In this document: one piece after another, positions 1 through 9,814 of the stretch | How the letters are laid out: every line of letters starts with the position of its first letter | Numbering within the stretch: position 1 is the first letter of the stretch | Source of the DNA: an uncultured Bifidobacterium sp. | Lineage (GTDB): Bacteria; Verrucomicrobiota; Verrucomicrobiia; Limisphaerales; JADJPG01 | Length of the DNA stretch: 64,000 bases | NCBI GenBank assembly: GCA_964491875.1 | Contig: CAZBIC010000026.1 | Span: 48,090-112,089 of the forward strand | Reading direction: 5' to 3' | Translations under genes and position numbers: made by a program | The notes under the pieces: model-generated | Database searches by the model: none | The model's input: the letters and a program-made list of their open reading frames with translations, nothing else | What the model was told of the DNA's origin: nothing

Positions 1-17
1 GATGATGGCGCAGAGTT

Positions 18-1235
18 TCACCGGAGATCGACGAAGGTGCGGCGCTTGCGCGCGTTGGGCGGAAGCTGGAGCGATTCGATTTCCTCCCGCGCCGCACGAC
101 GAATCCGCGGGGTGATCTTGGTGCGCGCTTGCAGCAACTCGCGCAAGCCAGCCTCGGAAGCGCTGCCGTGGACGAGCACCTCAATTTCGTCTGACAGCTC
201 GTTGCCCGCCGTAGCGACGATGACGAAGGTCTCAACGCCATCCGCCTCGTCGAGCACCGCCTGAAGCGCGGACGGGAAGAGCGAGACGCCTTTGAGCTTC
301 AGCCGCTGATTCTTACGCCCGACGATCGGGCCGATTCGCGGTGTGACGCGACCGCAGACACACGGTTCGCGAAAAAGCGCAGCGCAGTCACCCGTGCGAT
401 AACGAATGACCGGCATAGCTTCAACGCCGAACGTGGTCGCGACGACCTCACCCACTTCTCCATCCGGCAGAGCGCGGCCGTCGTCGTCGAGCACTTCGAC
501 GAAGAGTTGTTGGTCGTGAAGATGTCCGCCGCGGCCGGCTTCACACTCGCAAAGCGAGTTCGCGAGTTCCGTGACGCCGTAGGTCGAGAAGAGCCGGGCG
601 CCCCAAGCCGCTTCGAGTGCGCGACCGGTGGCATTCAATGCGAACGATCGGTCGCGAATCGGCTCGCCGATGCAAGCGAGCTTCTTCACCGACGACTGGC
701 GCAAATCGATTCCGATCTCCTGCGCCTTGGCCGCGATGAGTCGGAGGAACGACGGCACAGCAACGATGGCCGTCGGCTGCAAGCGTTGCATTACCTCGAG
801 CACATACGCCGGAGATGACGGACCCACCCGCGCAACGGCGCAGCCCAGTTCCCGCAAACCAAGCCAGTAAGCCGCGCCGGCGATGAAGCAACGATCCATC
901 GCGGTGGCGATGAGCACCGTGTCGCTTGCGGTAAGGCCGGCGCATTCGAAGGAAAGTTTCTCGTTCGCGCCGAGCCGGCGGAGATCGGAGTCAGTGAGCA
1001 TCCAGAGCAACGGCTGGCCAGTCGTTCCGCTCGTGGTGACGATCTCCACGATGCGTTCGTGGGGCACGCAGAGGAAATCGAGATTGCGCTCGGAGACGAC
1101 GCGCTTGTCCACCGTGGGCATCGACTCAAGACGGGGAACTTCCGTCACCCCGCGGAACAGCTCGCGATAGTACGGCGAGTGGTCCGCCGCGTAGCGGAAC
1201 GTCTCGGCCCAGAGTTGTTCGAGAGAACGAATCAT
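18..1235 (-). CDS. PaaK-like adenylate-forming ligase (phenylacetate-CoA ligase / coenzyme F390 synthetase family)
   Basis: Track ORF 18..1310. AMP-binding motifs TSGTTGQPL and YRTGD are present. Start trimmed to the ATG at 1235 (MIRSLEQLW...), which overlaps the stop of the upstream gene as ATGA. The 25 codons upstream of it are Arg-rich junk. Confidence 0.8.
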   Translation of the reverse strand: MIRSLEQLWAETFRYAADHSPYYRELFRGVTEVPRLESMPTVDKRVVSERNLDFLCVPHERIVEIVTTSGTTGQPLLWMLTDSDLRRLGANEKLSFECAGLTASDTVLIATAMDRCFIAGAAYWLGLRELGCAVARVGPSSPAYVLEVMQRLQPTAIVAVPSFLRLIAAKAQEIGIDLRQSSVKKLACIGEPIRDRSFALNATGRALEAAWGARLFSTYGVTELANSLCECEAGRGGHLHDQQLFVEVLDDDGRALPDGEVGEVVATTFGVEAMPVIRYRTGDCAALFREPCVCGRVTPRIGPIVGRKNQRLKLKGVSLFPSALQAVLDEADGVETFVIVATAGNELSDEIEVLVHGSASEAGLRELLQARTKITPRIRRAAREEIESLQLPPNARKRRTFVDLR

Positions 1236-2326
1236 TGCTGCTGCTGTTGCGCGGAGGTTACGAAAGCGGCGGCGAGATTGCCAGCGGGGGCACCGGTCGC
1301 GAGGCAGCAACCCATAACGCGTGCGCTGGCGATGGCATCGACGTCAGCGCTGAGCGTTTTGCCGGCCATGAAGAGATTCGGAATCGACGCGGCACGAAGG
1401 CAGCGGGCGGGAATCTCGTAGTGTTCACCGGCCGGCAGGTAGCGGACGCGCGATACCCCAGCGGTGTTCCATTGCTCGATCGGCCACGCTCCGCGCGCGA
1501 CGGCATCGGGAAACTTGCGTGCACTCAGGACGTCGTCGCCCGTGAGCACATATTGACCAACAATCATTCGCCCAGTGCGTCGGCGCAGACGAAACTCGGT
1601 GCAGGAGGTCCGGCAATCCTCGAAGCCGGCGACATTCTTGCGGAGGAACGCGATGACCTGCGGCGCTTGTTCCGGCGGTCCGGTGAGCTTCACGGTCACG
1701 CTGTGCGGCTCTGGATGCGGTTGAAAACTCACCGGCGGCAATCCAGCGCGGGCCAGCGGCAGTAGCACTTGGGTGGCAGCCACGACCGAATCGAGTTCCC
1801 GGGAGATGTCGTGTAGCGCAAAGACGACCGCCGGCGCCTGGGTTGATTCGTCGGTCGCGCGACATTTCGCTCCAGCGGCGCGCGCCACCTCGGCGGTTCC
1901 GGAACAATCAATCACCGCGCCGACCGCGATGCCGTTCAGCCCGGTGATTCGCCCTCCGACGAGCGCGACGTCGCGGGCTGGCGTGTTCCAGCGCGCAACC
2001 AAACTGGGCAGAGAGTTCAGGAGCTGCGTCGCGACGTCGCGAAAGCGCTCCGGGCGATAGCGCAGCGCCCACACCTTGCCCATGCGAACAGGCGCGCCTT
2101 CACCAACAGCGTCAGCGAACTCGCGCGCGAAGCCGTCGTTCAGCATTTTGCCCGCGTCGTCATAAAGCCCGCAGAGCGTGGTCAACCCGCTGAATCCACC
2201 GGTGCCACCGGCGGATTCACGCTGATCGATGAGCAGCGTTCGACAACCGCCACGAGCGGCGGTGACGGCGGCGGCGATTCCCGCAGCACCTGCACCGACG
2301 ACGACAATGTCGAATGCTTCGCTCAC
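1232..2326 (-). CDS. FAD-dependent oxidoreductase
   Basis: N-terminal dinucleotide-binding fold DIVVVGAGAAGIAAAVTAARGG...LIDQRESAGGTGG. The GTG start overlaps the stop of the upstream ORF (GTGA). Confidence 0.8.
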   Translation of the reverse strand: MSEAFDIVVVGAGAAGIAAAVTAARGGCRTLLIDQRESAGGTGGFSGLTTLCGLYDDAGKMLNDGFAREFADAVGEGAPVRMGKVWALRYRPERFRDVATQLLNSLPSLVARWNTPARDVALVGGRITGLNGIAVGAVIDCSGTAEVARAAGAKCRATDESTQAPAVVFALHDISRELDSVVAATQVLLPLARAGLPPVSFQPHPEPHSVTVKLTGPPEQAPQVIAFLRKNVAGFEDCRTSCTEFRLRRRTGRMIVGQYVLTGDDVLSARKFPDAVARGAWPIEQWNTAGVSRVRYLPAGEHYEIPARCLRAASIPNLFMAGKTLSADVDAIASARVMGCCLATGAPAGNLAAAFVTSAQQQQQ

Positions 2327-3585
2327 GGTTGGAGTAGGCGCTGACGAAGACTGGCGGCGAACTCCGCGGCTTCGGCGTCCGTTAAGACGCGTGTCGAGTG
2401 AACGACGGTCATCTTCAACAGGCCGCGGAAGTAGTAGAAGATGACGCCGAGCCCGGGCGATGGCGTGACGGCCGCGACGTGCGTGAAGTCCTCGACCGGT
2501 ACGCCGAGGAAGTTGCTCAGGCGCGGATTGACCGAAGCGGTGTCTCCGAAAAAGAGCGAACAGATCTCGCCGCGCAGACCCTGCTTGGCCATCGCCATGT
2601 AGAGGGGAATCGGTAGAAAGCGGAACAGCAGGCCGAGCTGGCGTCCGCTTTCGATCAGTCCGCCGCGCAGTGCGCCTTCGAGCTGCTGCTTGAGGGCAGC
2701 AATGGCGACAGGGGTGGAGTCGAGTTGCGGAGGAAGGAGCTGCATCATCAGCATCGTCAGCTCGTTGCTGAAGACGGGATGGATGCTGCCTTTGGCCCGC
2801 AGGCCGACGGCCAGCGGCAGGACGTAACTGGGGCTGGCGCAGCCGAGCCGGGCGCGCAGCCGATGGAGTTCACACAGCGCGGTGGCGGCGTGAAACTGCG
2901 CGTCGCCGAGCAGGCCGGCAAGCTGGCTGGCGTTCGCGCGAATGCGGGCGGTGTCGGCAGCATCGAAAGTTTCGGCGCGATGACGAAGCTCGGCTGGCGC
3001 GGAGGCATGACGCACGCCGATCGATTTGGGCGCGGCTTTGCAGAGCTCGTCGAGGTGGTGAATGTATTTCCACGCGAGCTTCGCACGTTCGCGTAGAGGC
3101 GGCTCAGGGCGTGGAGCGGCGACGGGCGACGACGGCAGAGCCATGTCTTCGTTGCCGATGCAGGCAAGGAAATGCTCGGCGCCAGGAGCGTCCATCAATG
3201 CGTGCAGCCAGGTGAAGGTGAGAGTCTGGCAGCCGTCGGGCTCATCGCACAAGTCGAAGCGCATGAGCTGACCGCGGCGCGCATCGAGCGGTTCGTTGAG
3301 CAGTTCACGGCTGGGGCTCTTGCCACGATGGGCACGCACCTGCGGAGCTCGCGGCACGGAAGGCAACTTCCATTTCGGCCAGATGCAGCCGGCAGGACGC
3401 GCGCTGAGGATCGGATGTTGCGTGGTGAGTTCTGCGAGACGGCAGTTCAGCGCATCGGGAGAAATGGTAGAGCCGAGCTTGAGAACAATCTGGCAGGTGT
3501 TGCCGGCGAATCCGTGACGGCGCAGCTCGCGGTCGAAGCCGAGCATGAGGTAATCCGGGCCGTTTAGCTGGAGATCACCGTACAT
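2323..3585 (-). CDS. Stand-alone condensation-fold / WS-DGAT-like acyltransferase (HxxxD motif)
   Basis: 420-aa ORF. The only motif I recognise is WLHALMDAPGAEHF (HxxxD, catalytic motif of NRPS C domains and PapA/WS-DGAT acyltransferases). It sits at a position and in a protein size typical for that fold, directly downstream of an ACP gene. Confidence 0.5.
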   Translation of the reverse strand: MYGDLQLNGPDYLMLGFDRELRRHGFAGNTCQIVLKLGSTISPDALNCRLAELTTQHPILSARPAGCIWPKWKLPSVPRAPQVRAHRGKSPSRELLNEPLDARRGQLMRFDLCDEPDGCQTLTFTWLHALMDAPGAEHFLACIGNEDMALPSSPVAAPRPEPPLRERAKLAWKYIHHLDELCKAAPKSIGVRHASAPAELRHRAETFDAADTARIRANASQLAGLLGDAQFHAATALCELHRLRARLGCASPSYVLPLAVGLRAKGSIHPVFSNELTMLMMQLLPPQLDSTPVAIAALKQQLEGALRGGLIESGRQLGLLFRFLPIPLYMAMAKQGLRGEICSLFFGDTASVNPRLSNFLGVPVEDFTHVAAVTPSPGLGVIFYYFRGLLKMTVVHSTRVLTDAEAAEFAASLRQRLLQP

Positions 3586-3594
3586 GATTTTCAG

Positions 3595-3843
3595 TCACGC
3601 TCTCAAACGTACGACGGTGGCGGCAAGGCTGCGGATACTCTTAAGCGTGTCGGCATTGATCTCGCCCTGCGGAATCCAGAAGCCGTGCGTCGTCTCGATG
3701 AAGAGCAGCACGCGCACGAGCGACATGGAGTCGAAGCCTGAGGCGATGAGGTCGGTCTCGGCATTGACTTCGAGGTCGGGGGCAAAAACTTCACGGCGCA
3801 TGAAGTCGAGCAGGCTGGATTCAATCTCGCGAACGTCAGTCAT
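3595..3843 (-). CDS. Acyl carrier protein
   Basis: About 82-aa product starting MTDVREIESSLLDF, with phosphopantetheine attachment motif GFDSMSLV. The longer track ORF (to 3969) would run into the upstream gene. Confidence 0.8.
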   Translation of the reverse strand: MTDVREIESSLLDFMRREVFAPDLEVNAETDLIASGFDSMSLVRVLLFIETTHGFWIPQGEINADTLKSIRSLAATVVRLRA

Positions 3844-3854
3844 GGCGTTGGGTT

Positions 3855-5258
3855 TCAAACGGCCGCGACGGGTTCGCGTCGAATCTTGCCGGTGACCGAA
3901 GTGCGCGGAAGTTCGGTAACGACGTGGAGGCGGGAGGGAATTTTGTAGGAAGCCAGATGCGCGCGGCAATGGGCGCGGATGCTGTCGAGCGCGGAAGCAT
4001 CGCCGTCGAGCACGAGTTCGGCTTCGATGACTTCACCGAGGTGCGGATGCGGACGACCGTAGGCGCGGGATTCACGAACAGCGGGATGACGGTTCAACAC
4101 GGCTTCGATTTCCTCGGGAAAGACTTTGCGACCGGCGAGGTTGATCACAGCGGTCTTACGCGAGAGAAGGTAGAGGTAACCGTCGCCGTCGAAGCGCGCG
4201 ATATCGCCGGTGAGGAACCAGCCGTCGGGCGCGACGAGTTCACGCGGCATCCACGGCGCGGCATAGGCGTCGAACATTCCCGGCCCGCGGATGGCGAGTT
4301 CGCCAGCGCCGGTTTCGTCAGGTGAAAGAAGCTGAACTTCGAAATCCGGCAGCGGCCGTCCAACGGAGTTCCAACGTCGACTCGCATCGGTGGAGTTCAG
4401 GCTGACCATGCCGAGTTCGATAATTCCGAGCGCCTGAGAGAGCGGGATGTGAAATCGTTTCTCGAACTGGCGGGCGACTTCTTCGGAGATGGCGCATGTC
4501 GTGGAAACGGCGAGGCGCACGGTGGAAATGGCGGTCGACGACTTGTCCTGAGCAAGCATCGCGTAATGGAACGGCGAGGCGTAAAGCACGGTGCCGCGCC
4601 AGCGTTGCACGGCGTCGAGGAAAGGCGTCGCCAGGACGTGACGGGCGAGAACCACCGTCGCGCCTCGGGAGAGGTAGAGAACGATCGTCACTAGGAAATG
4701 GTGCGACATCGGCAGCGTCCAGATGACCGTGTCGTTCGACGTGATTTGCAGCGCCTTGTTGGCGGTGACGACTCGATCCCGGATCGTTTCGTGAGTCAGC
4801 GCGACACCTTTGCGCGCACTGGTGGTGCCGGAGGTGAAGCGAATGAAGGCGAGGTTGAGATCGTGATGACTGGCGCGAGGATTTCTGGCGTAGCGCGTGA
4901 GATGGCAGTCCGGCTGCACTTGAATGCTGTTGCTTCGAGGGGTCGGGCTGACGATGGCATCCAACTGCAACGATTCAACGATCTCGTCCATTTCCCCATC
5001 AGTGCCCTCGACCGGCACGGGAACAACAACGACGTTCAACTTCCACAGCGCAAAGGTAAGCTCGACGTAAGCAATGCTGTTCGGAAAATGAAGACCGATT
5101 CGGGAGTAAGGTTGCAGGGAGAGCTCCGAGAACACGGCGGCGATTGAATGAACCTGAGTGGCCAGGGCAGAGTAAGTGACTTGGCTTTCTCCTTCGATGA
5201 ACGCTGGCTTGTCCGGCCACGTTGCGGCCGATTTATCCAACAATTCGATCAAATTCAT
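3855..5258 (-). CDS. Acyl-CoA synthetase / fatty acyl-AMP ligase (ANL superfamily)
   Basis: Core motifs FTSGTTSARKG, GDIARFDGDGYLYLLSRK and the terminal TGKIRR are present. 467 aa. Confidence 0.85.
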   Translation of the reverse strand: MNLIELLDKSAATWPDKPAFIEGESQVTYSALATQVHSIAAVFSELSLQPYSRIGLHFPNSIAYVELTFALWKLNVVVVPVPVEGTDGEMDEIVESLQLDAIVSPTPRSNSIQVQPDCHLTRYARNPRASHHDLNLAFIRFTSGTTSARKGVALTHETIRDRVVTANKALQITSNDTVIWTLPMSHHFLVTIVLYLSRGATVVLARHVLATPFLDAVQRWRGTVLYASPFHYAMLAQDKSSTAISTVRLAVSTTCAISEEVARQFEKRFHIPLSQALGIIELGMVSLNSTDASRRWNSVGRPLPDFEVQLLSPDETGAGELAIRGPGMFDAYAAPWMPRELVAPDGWFLTGDIARFDGDGYLYLLSRKTAVINLAGRKVFPEEIEAVLNRHPAVRESRAYGRPHPHLGEVIEAELVLDGDASALDSIRAHCRAHLASYKIPSRLHVVTELPRTSVTGKIRREPVAAV

Positions 5259-5528
5259 ATCGCCGATGAGCGTGTGAGGAACGATATGGCCTAGAAGTTT
5301 GGAGGGTCAACAAGATGTTCTACGGGGGAACTGAGCAGGCGACGTGGGAGTGAACGGCTGTCTCGTTCCAGCGACGGCATTGCCCATGAAGTAGACACTT
5401 CGCGTGCGGGGATCGAACGTTCCACGGCGACATTGGAGAAAGGCGGAAGTCGGCGACGTCCGGCACAGCTCTGGCTACCTGAAGGCGAACGCAACGACTG
5501 AACAACGCAGAATAGCCAATTAACGACG

Positions 5529-6980
5529 ATGCATTGGTGGACCCTACAGCAACTGAAGTTCAAGAACCCGCAGACGCGGCGGCAGGCCATTGAGAAGCTT
5601 GCTTCAGAAGGAACGGATGAATCCGTCGAGCATCTCATTTCAGCCCTGCAAGATGACGACAACGCCGTGCGCCTGGCGGTCGTTCAAGCCCTCGGGCGTT
5701 TGAAGGAAACCCGCGCGATCCCCGCTCTCGTTCAAGGCATGCGCGATCCGGACCCGGAAGTGCGCGAGGCCGTCGTGGGGGCGTTGATGCAAATGGGGGA
5801 TGCCACTTGCACGGAAGTGCTGGTGGGCGCGCTTAAGGATCTCAATCTGAGCGTTCGCCGGCGGGCGGCGAAGGCACTCGATTTCTTCGGCTGGAAACCT
5901 TCGAATGATATCCAGCGAGTTCTCCGGTTTATCGCGCTGGGCGAATACGCAAAGGCGGCAAACATCGGCACGCTGGCGTTGGAACCATTGCTCACGGCAC
6001 TGCGCGACAAGCGATGTCCGAATCGGCGCAATGTGGTGGAGGCCTTGAGCCAAATCGGTGATGAACGGGTGCTCAAGCCGCTGATGTCCGCGTTGCGAGA
6101 TTCCGACGGTCACGTGCGGGTGGCCGCCGTGGAAGCTCTCGGATCACTGCGCGATCCTCGCAGCGCGGATTCACTGACACTCTCGTTGAAGGATCAGGAT
6201 CCGCTGGTCCGCGCCGCGGCGGCCAACGCTCTGGGCGCAATGAACGACAACGGTGGCTTTGATCGGCTGGTGGCGTCACTCAAGGATCTGGACTGGAGCG
6301 TGCGCAAGGCTTCCGTCGAATCGCTGGGCAAATTGAAGGACGTTCGCGGAGTCGAGGCTTTGACAATCCTATTGAAGGATCCGGATCACGATGTCCGGGA
6401 AGCCGTGGTGGCATCGCTGGGGCAGATTCGCCACCGTAGCGCCATCGAGCATCTCGTGGTGACGCTCGCTGATCCGCAGTCCTCCGTTCGTCACGCCGCC
6501 GCGGGCGTTCTCAAACAACTCGATCCTGAGTGGGAACGTTCGGAAGAGGCGCGATTGGCAGTTCCGGCGCTCAAGTCCGCGATGACGAGCAAGGAATATT
6601 GGGTGCGCCAGGCGGCCTCCGACACACTGAGCAAGCTGAGCGACACACCGAAACCCGAGCCGACGCTGAATTCATTTTCGGATCCCGTTTATTACAAGCG
6701 GGCCGCTGCGTTCCAGGCTTTGGTGCAGGCGCTGGGAGACTGGGACCGCGATCTCCGCTTCGCAGCGGCTGAAGCCCTGGGCCGCATCGCCGATCAACGA
6801 GCTCTCGAACCCTTAACCGAGGCTTTGCACGATATGGATCAGTGGGTTCGGGAAAGTGCGGAGAAAGCTTTGTGGCGGCTGGGCTGGGAGCCAGCGGCAG
6901 ACGGTCGCGGCCTGAACCCGGTGGCTGGTGAAACGGCATTCATTCGCCGTGAAACTCTGGGCATGGCCAAGAGCTATTGA
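5529..6980 (+). CDS. HEAT-repeat (PBS-lyase HEAT-like) protein
   Basis: About 13 tandem units of about 31 aa of the form D-x-x-VR-x-x-A-x-x-ALG (e.g. DNAVRLAVVQALGRL, DPEVREAVVGALMQM, DGHVRVAAVEALGSL). Confidence 0.8.
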   Translation: MHWWTLQQLKFKNPQTRRQAIEKLASEGTDESVEHLISALQDDDNAVRLAVVQALGRLKETRAIPALVQGMRDPDPEVREAVVGALMQMGDATCTEVLVGALKDLNLSVRRRAAKALDFFGWKPSNDIQRVLRFIALGEYAKAANIGTLALEPLLTALRDKRCPNRRNVVEALSQIGDERVLKPLMSALRDSDGHVRVAAVEALGSLRDPRSADSLTLSLKDQDPLVRAAAANALGAMNDNGGFDRLVASLKDLDWSVRKASVESLGKLKDVRGVEALTILLKDPDHDVREAVVASLGQIRHRSAIEHLVVTLADPQSSVRHAAAGVLKQLDPEWERSEEARLAVPALKSAMTSKEYWVRQAASDTLSKLSDTPKPEPTLNSFSDPVYYKRAAAFQALVQALGDWDRDLRFAAAEALGRIADQRALEPLTEALHDMDQWVRESAEKALWRLGWEPAADGRGLNPVAGETAFIRRETLGMAKSY

Positions 6981-7034
6981 CGTCGGGCAAAGTAGGGACT
7001 TACGGAGAACGGATTTCTGCCGAAAGGAGTAGGT

Positions 7035-8237
7035 ATGTCACGGAAGCGCGTGTTGTTTGTAGGTGAAGATCTCGCCCTCTGGGAGCAATTGCAGAATCAA
7101 TCGGGCGGGTTCTCGGAAAATTGGGACGTCGCATTCGCCAAGTCAGGCCTCCAGGCTCTGGCGTCGATGACGCAATCTCCCTGCGACGCCATCGTGGCAG
7201 ACATGCAGCTACCCGGCATGACCGGCGCGCAACTGCTCGACGAGGTCATTCAACGCAGTCCGAAAACGCTGAGGTTTATCCGTGCGAGCATGGCGGATCA
7301 GCAGGCGGCGATGAAATGCGTCGGCACCGCGCACCAGTATCTCGTCAAACCAAGCGACGCGCAGACGATCGGCTTTGCTTTGGACCGCGCGTTCTCTCTG
7401 GAATCATGGCTTCCGAACGACACGGTGCAGAAGCTCATCGCGCAGATGAAGAAGCTGCCGAGCCCACCGAACCTGTATTTCAAGATCGTCGCAGAACTTC
7501 AATCTCCCGACGCCTCCATCGAGAACATCGGCTCCATGATCGCGCAGGATCCTGTGCTGAGTGCCAAGCTGCTCCAGGTCGTGAACTCTGCGGTCTTCGG
7601 GTTGCAACTGCAGGTCGTCAGCGCTTCCGAGGCGGTGATGTACCTGGGCATGGAAACCACGAAAGCGCTCGTGCTCCTGGCGCACACTTTCTCCTACTTC
7701 GACAAGGTGCGGACTGCGGAATTTTCCGTGGAGAAGCTCTGGAAACATTCCGTCACCACCGGCAAGTTCGCCGAGCAAATCGCGCGGGCGGAAGGCGCGG
7801 CTCCGGAAGTGGTCGGTCAGGCGTTCACCGGTGGAATGTTGCACGATCTGGGCAAATTGCTGCTGGCTGCGAATGTTCCCGACGGATTCAAGGAAGCTCT
7901 GACCAAGGCGAAGGAACAAAAGATTCACCTGTGGGACGCAGAGACCGGCGTCTTCGGTGCCACGCACGGAGAATTGGGAGCGTGTCTCCTCGGAATCTGG
8001 GGCCTTCCCATGCCCATCGTCGAAGCCGTCGCGTTGCATCACTTCCCAATTCGTTTCCTCAGCAAACAATTCTGTCCGCTCACCGCTGTCCACGCCGCTA
8101 ACGTGATCGAGCACGAGATTCAGGCGGAGTCCAAAGACTCCTTGATCGCCGCCGCGGACTCGAACTATCTGACCGAGCTGGGCCTGACGGAACGGATGGA
8201 TGCCTGGCGTGACCTGTGCAAGGAAAAGCTGTTGTAG
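7035..8237 (+). CDS. Response-regulator receiver domain fused to an HDOD domain
   Basis: REC domain with phospho-acceptor context AIVADMQLPGMTG. The HDOD-type region reads LPSPPNLYFKIVAELQSPDASIENIGSMIAQDPVLSAKLLQVVNSAVFG and later GMLHDLGKL. Confidence 0.85.
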   Translation: MSRKRVLFVGEDLALWEQLQNQSGGFSENWDVAFAKSGLQALASMTQSPCDAIVADMQLPGMTGAQLLDEVIQRSPKTLRFIRASMADQQAAMKCVGTAHQYLVKPSDAQTIGFALDRAFSLESWLPNDTVQKLIAQMKKLPSPPNLYFKIVAELQSPDASIENIGSMIAQDPVLSAKLLQVVNSAVFGLQLQVVSASEAVMYLGMETTKALVLLAHTFSYFDKVRTAEFSVEKLWKHSVTTGKFAEQIARAEGAAPEVVGQAFTGGMLHDLGKLLLAANVPDGFKEALTKAKEQKIHLWDAETGVFGATHGELGACLLGIWGLPMPIVEAVALHHFPIRFLSKQFCPLTAVHAANVIEHEIQAESKDSLIAAADSNYLTELGLTERMDAWRDLCKEKLL

Positions 8238-8303
8238 CCGGGCGGCACGCGCCGGCCAGAGAGAGCCGCGCGGCACTCGTCGTATAGAGAACTGCTGTCG
8301 TAA

Positions 8304-9455
8304 ATGGCGCAAAAGCGAAAAAAAATCCTGTTCGTCGATGACGACGTCAATCTGTTGGCGATTCTCCAGCAGATCATGACGAAGTTTTCCGGCAACACCT
8401 GGGAGGTGCTGACCGCGCCGGATGTGAGTCGCGCCCTCGGCAGCCTGCAGGAACACAAGATTGACCTGCTCGTCATCGATATTCACATGCCGCTGGTGGA
8501 CGGCCTGCAGTTTCTCAACCTGCTCCAGCGCAAATATCCGAACATCCTCAAGGTGATCCTCACGGGTGACGCGACGGATCAAAACCGCTCGACCTGTCTC
8601 AGCTCTGGCGCGGAGCTTTTCCTCGAAAAGCCTCGCGACAGCGGCGGCTGGCAAAGCGTCTACGCAACGCTGCATGAGCTGACCCGGTTCCAACCCGAGG
8701 AAGGTTTTCACGGCGTGCTGCGAAGAGTGGGATTGCAGGACGTGCTCCAGATGGAGTGCCTCGCGAGAAACTCTTCCCTCCTGAAGATCTCTGCCGGCAG
8801 CGTGCAGGGCGCAGTTTACGTCAAGGACGGCCAGATCATCCACGCGCAATGCGGAAATCGATCAGGCGAGGATGCGTTTAACTACCTGCTGAGCCTTTCC
8901 GGCGGTGAGTTCGACGTCAAACCCTTCAGCGCTCCACCGACGCAAAGCATCACTGGCTCGTGGGAGTTTCTGCTGATGGAAGCGGCGCGAAAGCGCGATG
9001 AAGAGGGAGGATCCATCGAACCGCCCGGGGGGACCGACGAAAGCTTCCCCACGCCGCCCGTCATCCACACGGCGGAACGCAACACACCGGCAATCGTTCC
9101 CGTCATCGAGGCGGCATCCGCCGCAGAAGTGGAACTGCCAGCAGCTCCACAACGCTTGCCGGCAATGGCCGATACGGGGCGTCCGAAGGTGGAAGAAATG
9201 CTGGTCTGCTCTCTTCAAGGCGAGGTGTTGCACGAATATCAGTGCAACAACACGAACGGTCGCGTGGGCTTTCTTGAGTTCCTTTCCCAAAAATCCCGGC
9301 AACTCGCGCAGGGGCTTCCCATTGGAGAATTTGATCGCTTGGAGATTACGGCAGTCGATTGCCGGGTGGTGGCTCAAGTCCAGGCGGATCGAGGCTTGTT
9401 TGTCCGGACCAGCAGGGCAAAAGTTGCGGAGCCGAGCGGCACGATGCAGCCATGA
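8304..9455 (+). CDS. Response regulator with DUF4388 (PATAN-like) domain and a C-terminal roadblock/LC7-like region
   Basis: REC domain (KILFVDDD...LLVIDIHMPLVDG...LEKP). DUF4388-like block GVLRRVGLQDVLQMECLARNSSLLKISAGSVQGAVYVKDGQIIHAQCGNRSGEDAFNYLLSLSGGEFDVKP. The C-terminal 110 aa resemble a roadblock fold; this last point is a weak call. Confidence 0.8.
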   Translation: MAQKRKKILFVDDDVNLLAILQQIMTKFSGNTWEVLTAPDVSRALGSLQEHKIDLLVIDIHMPLVDGLQFLNLLQRKYPNILKVILTGDATDQNRSTCLSSGAELFLEKPRDSGGWQSVYATLHELTRFQPEEGFHGVLRRVGLQDVLQMECLARNSSLLKISAGSVQGAVYVKDGQIIHAQCGNRSGEDAFNYLLSLSGGEFDVKPFSAPPTQSITGSWEFLLMEAARKRDEEGGSIEPPGGTDESFPTPPVIHTAERNTPAIVPVIEAASAAEVELPAAPQRLPAMADTGRPKVEEMLVCSLQGEVLHEYQCNNTNGRVGFLEFLSQKSRQLAQGLPIGEFDRLEITAVDCRVVAQVQADRGLFVRTSRAKVAEPSGTMQP

Positions 9456-9814
9456 AAGAGCAGATCAATCAATGGTTCGAACAGAGCGCTCCGTTCGAGG
9501 GAATCCTCGCGTGCGGGTTGCGCTTTCCGGATCAATCATCGATCTCCAAGTCGTGGGCGGACGGATTTGAGGAAAGTTCGGTCGAGAATGCGCTGCGTTG
9601 CGTGAGCGACGGATTTCAAGTCGCCCAATTCAATCGAATTATACCGACCCGGCTGCGCTGGGTGTATTCTGGGGCGTTCCTTTACTGCGAGCGACGTCAG
9701 GACGGGGCGATCCTCGGGGTCTTCACTTCCAAAAGTTTGGAATCCATCGATCTCGAGGGACTGGAAAGATTCTTCGGTGAGTTTCAAACTGTCGCCCGTG
9801 CCGCCGCGCTGTGA
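9452..9814 (+). CDS. Hypothetical small protein (possible roadblock/LC7-like)
   Basis: ATG at 9452 overlaps the stop of the upstream regulator (ATGA), and its own stop overlaps the next start (GTGA). 120 aa, with no firm motif. Confidence 0.5.
   Translation: MKEQINQWFEQSAPFEGILACGLRFPDQSSISKSWADGFEESSVENALRCVSDGFQVAQFNRIIPTRLRWVYSGAFLYCERRQDGAILGVFTSKSLESIDLEGLERFFGEFQTVARAAAL

Noticed and set aside
5472-5487. TGGCTA-N-GGC sigma54-like element upstream of the HEAT-repeat gene
   Set aside because: Both half-sites are degenerate (TGGCTA, and no T in the -12 box). It is too weak to report.
7121-8101. 326-aa same-strand overlapping ORF
   Set aside because: It is an out-of-frame overlap with the REC-HDOD gene. 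The translation is Arg/Gly/Ala-rich low-complexity sequence with no motifs.
7404-8849. 481-aa ORF on the minus strand
   Set aside because: It is fully antisense to two well-supported response-regulator genes and has no recognisable motifs. This is a typical stop-codon-poor shadow frame in GC-rich DNA.
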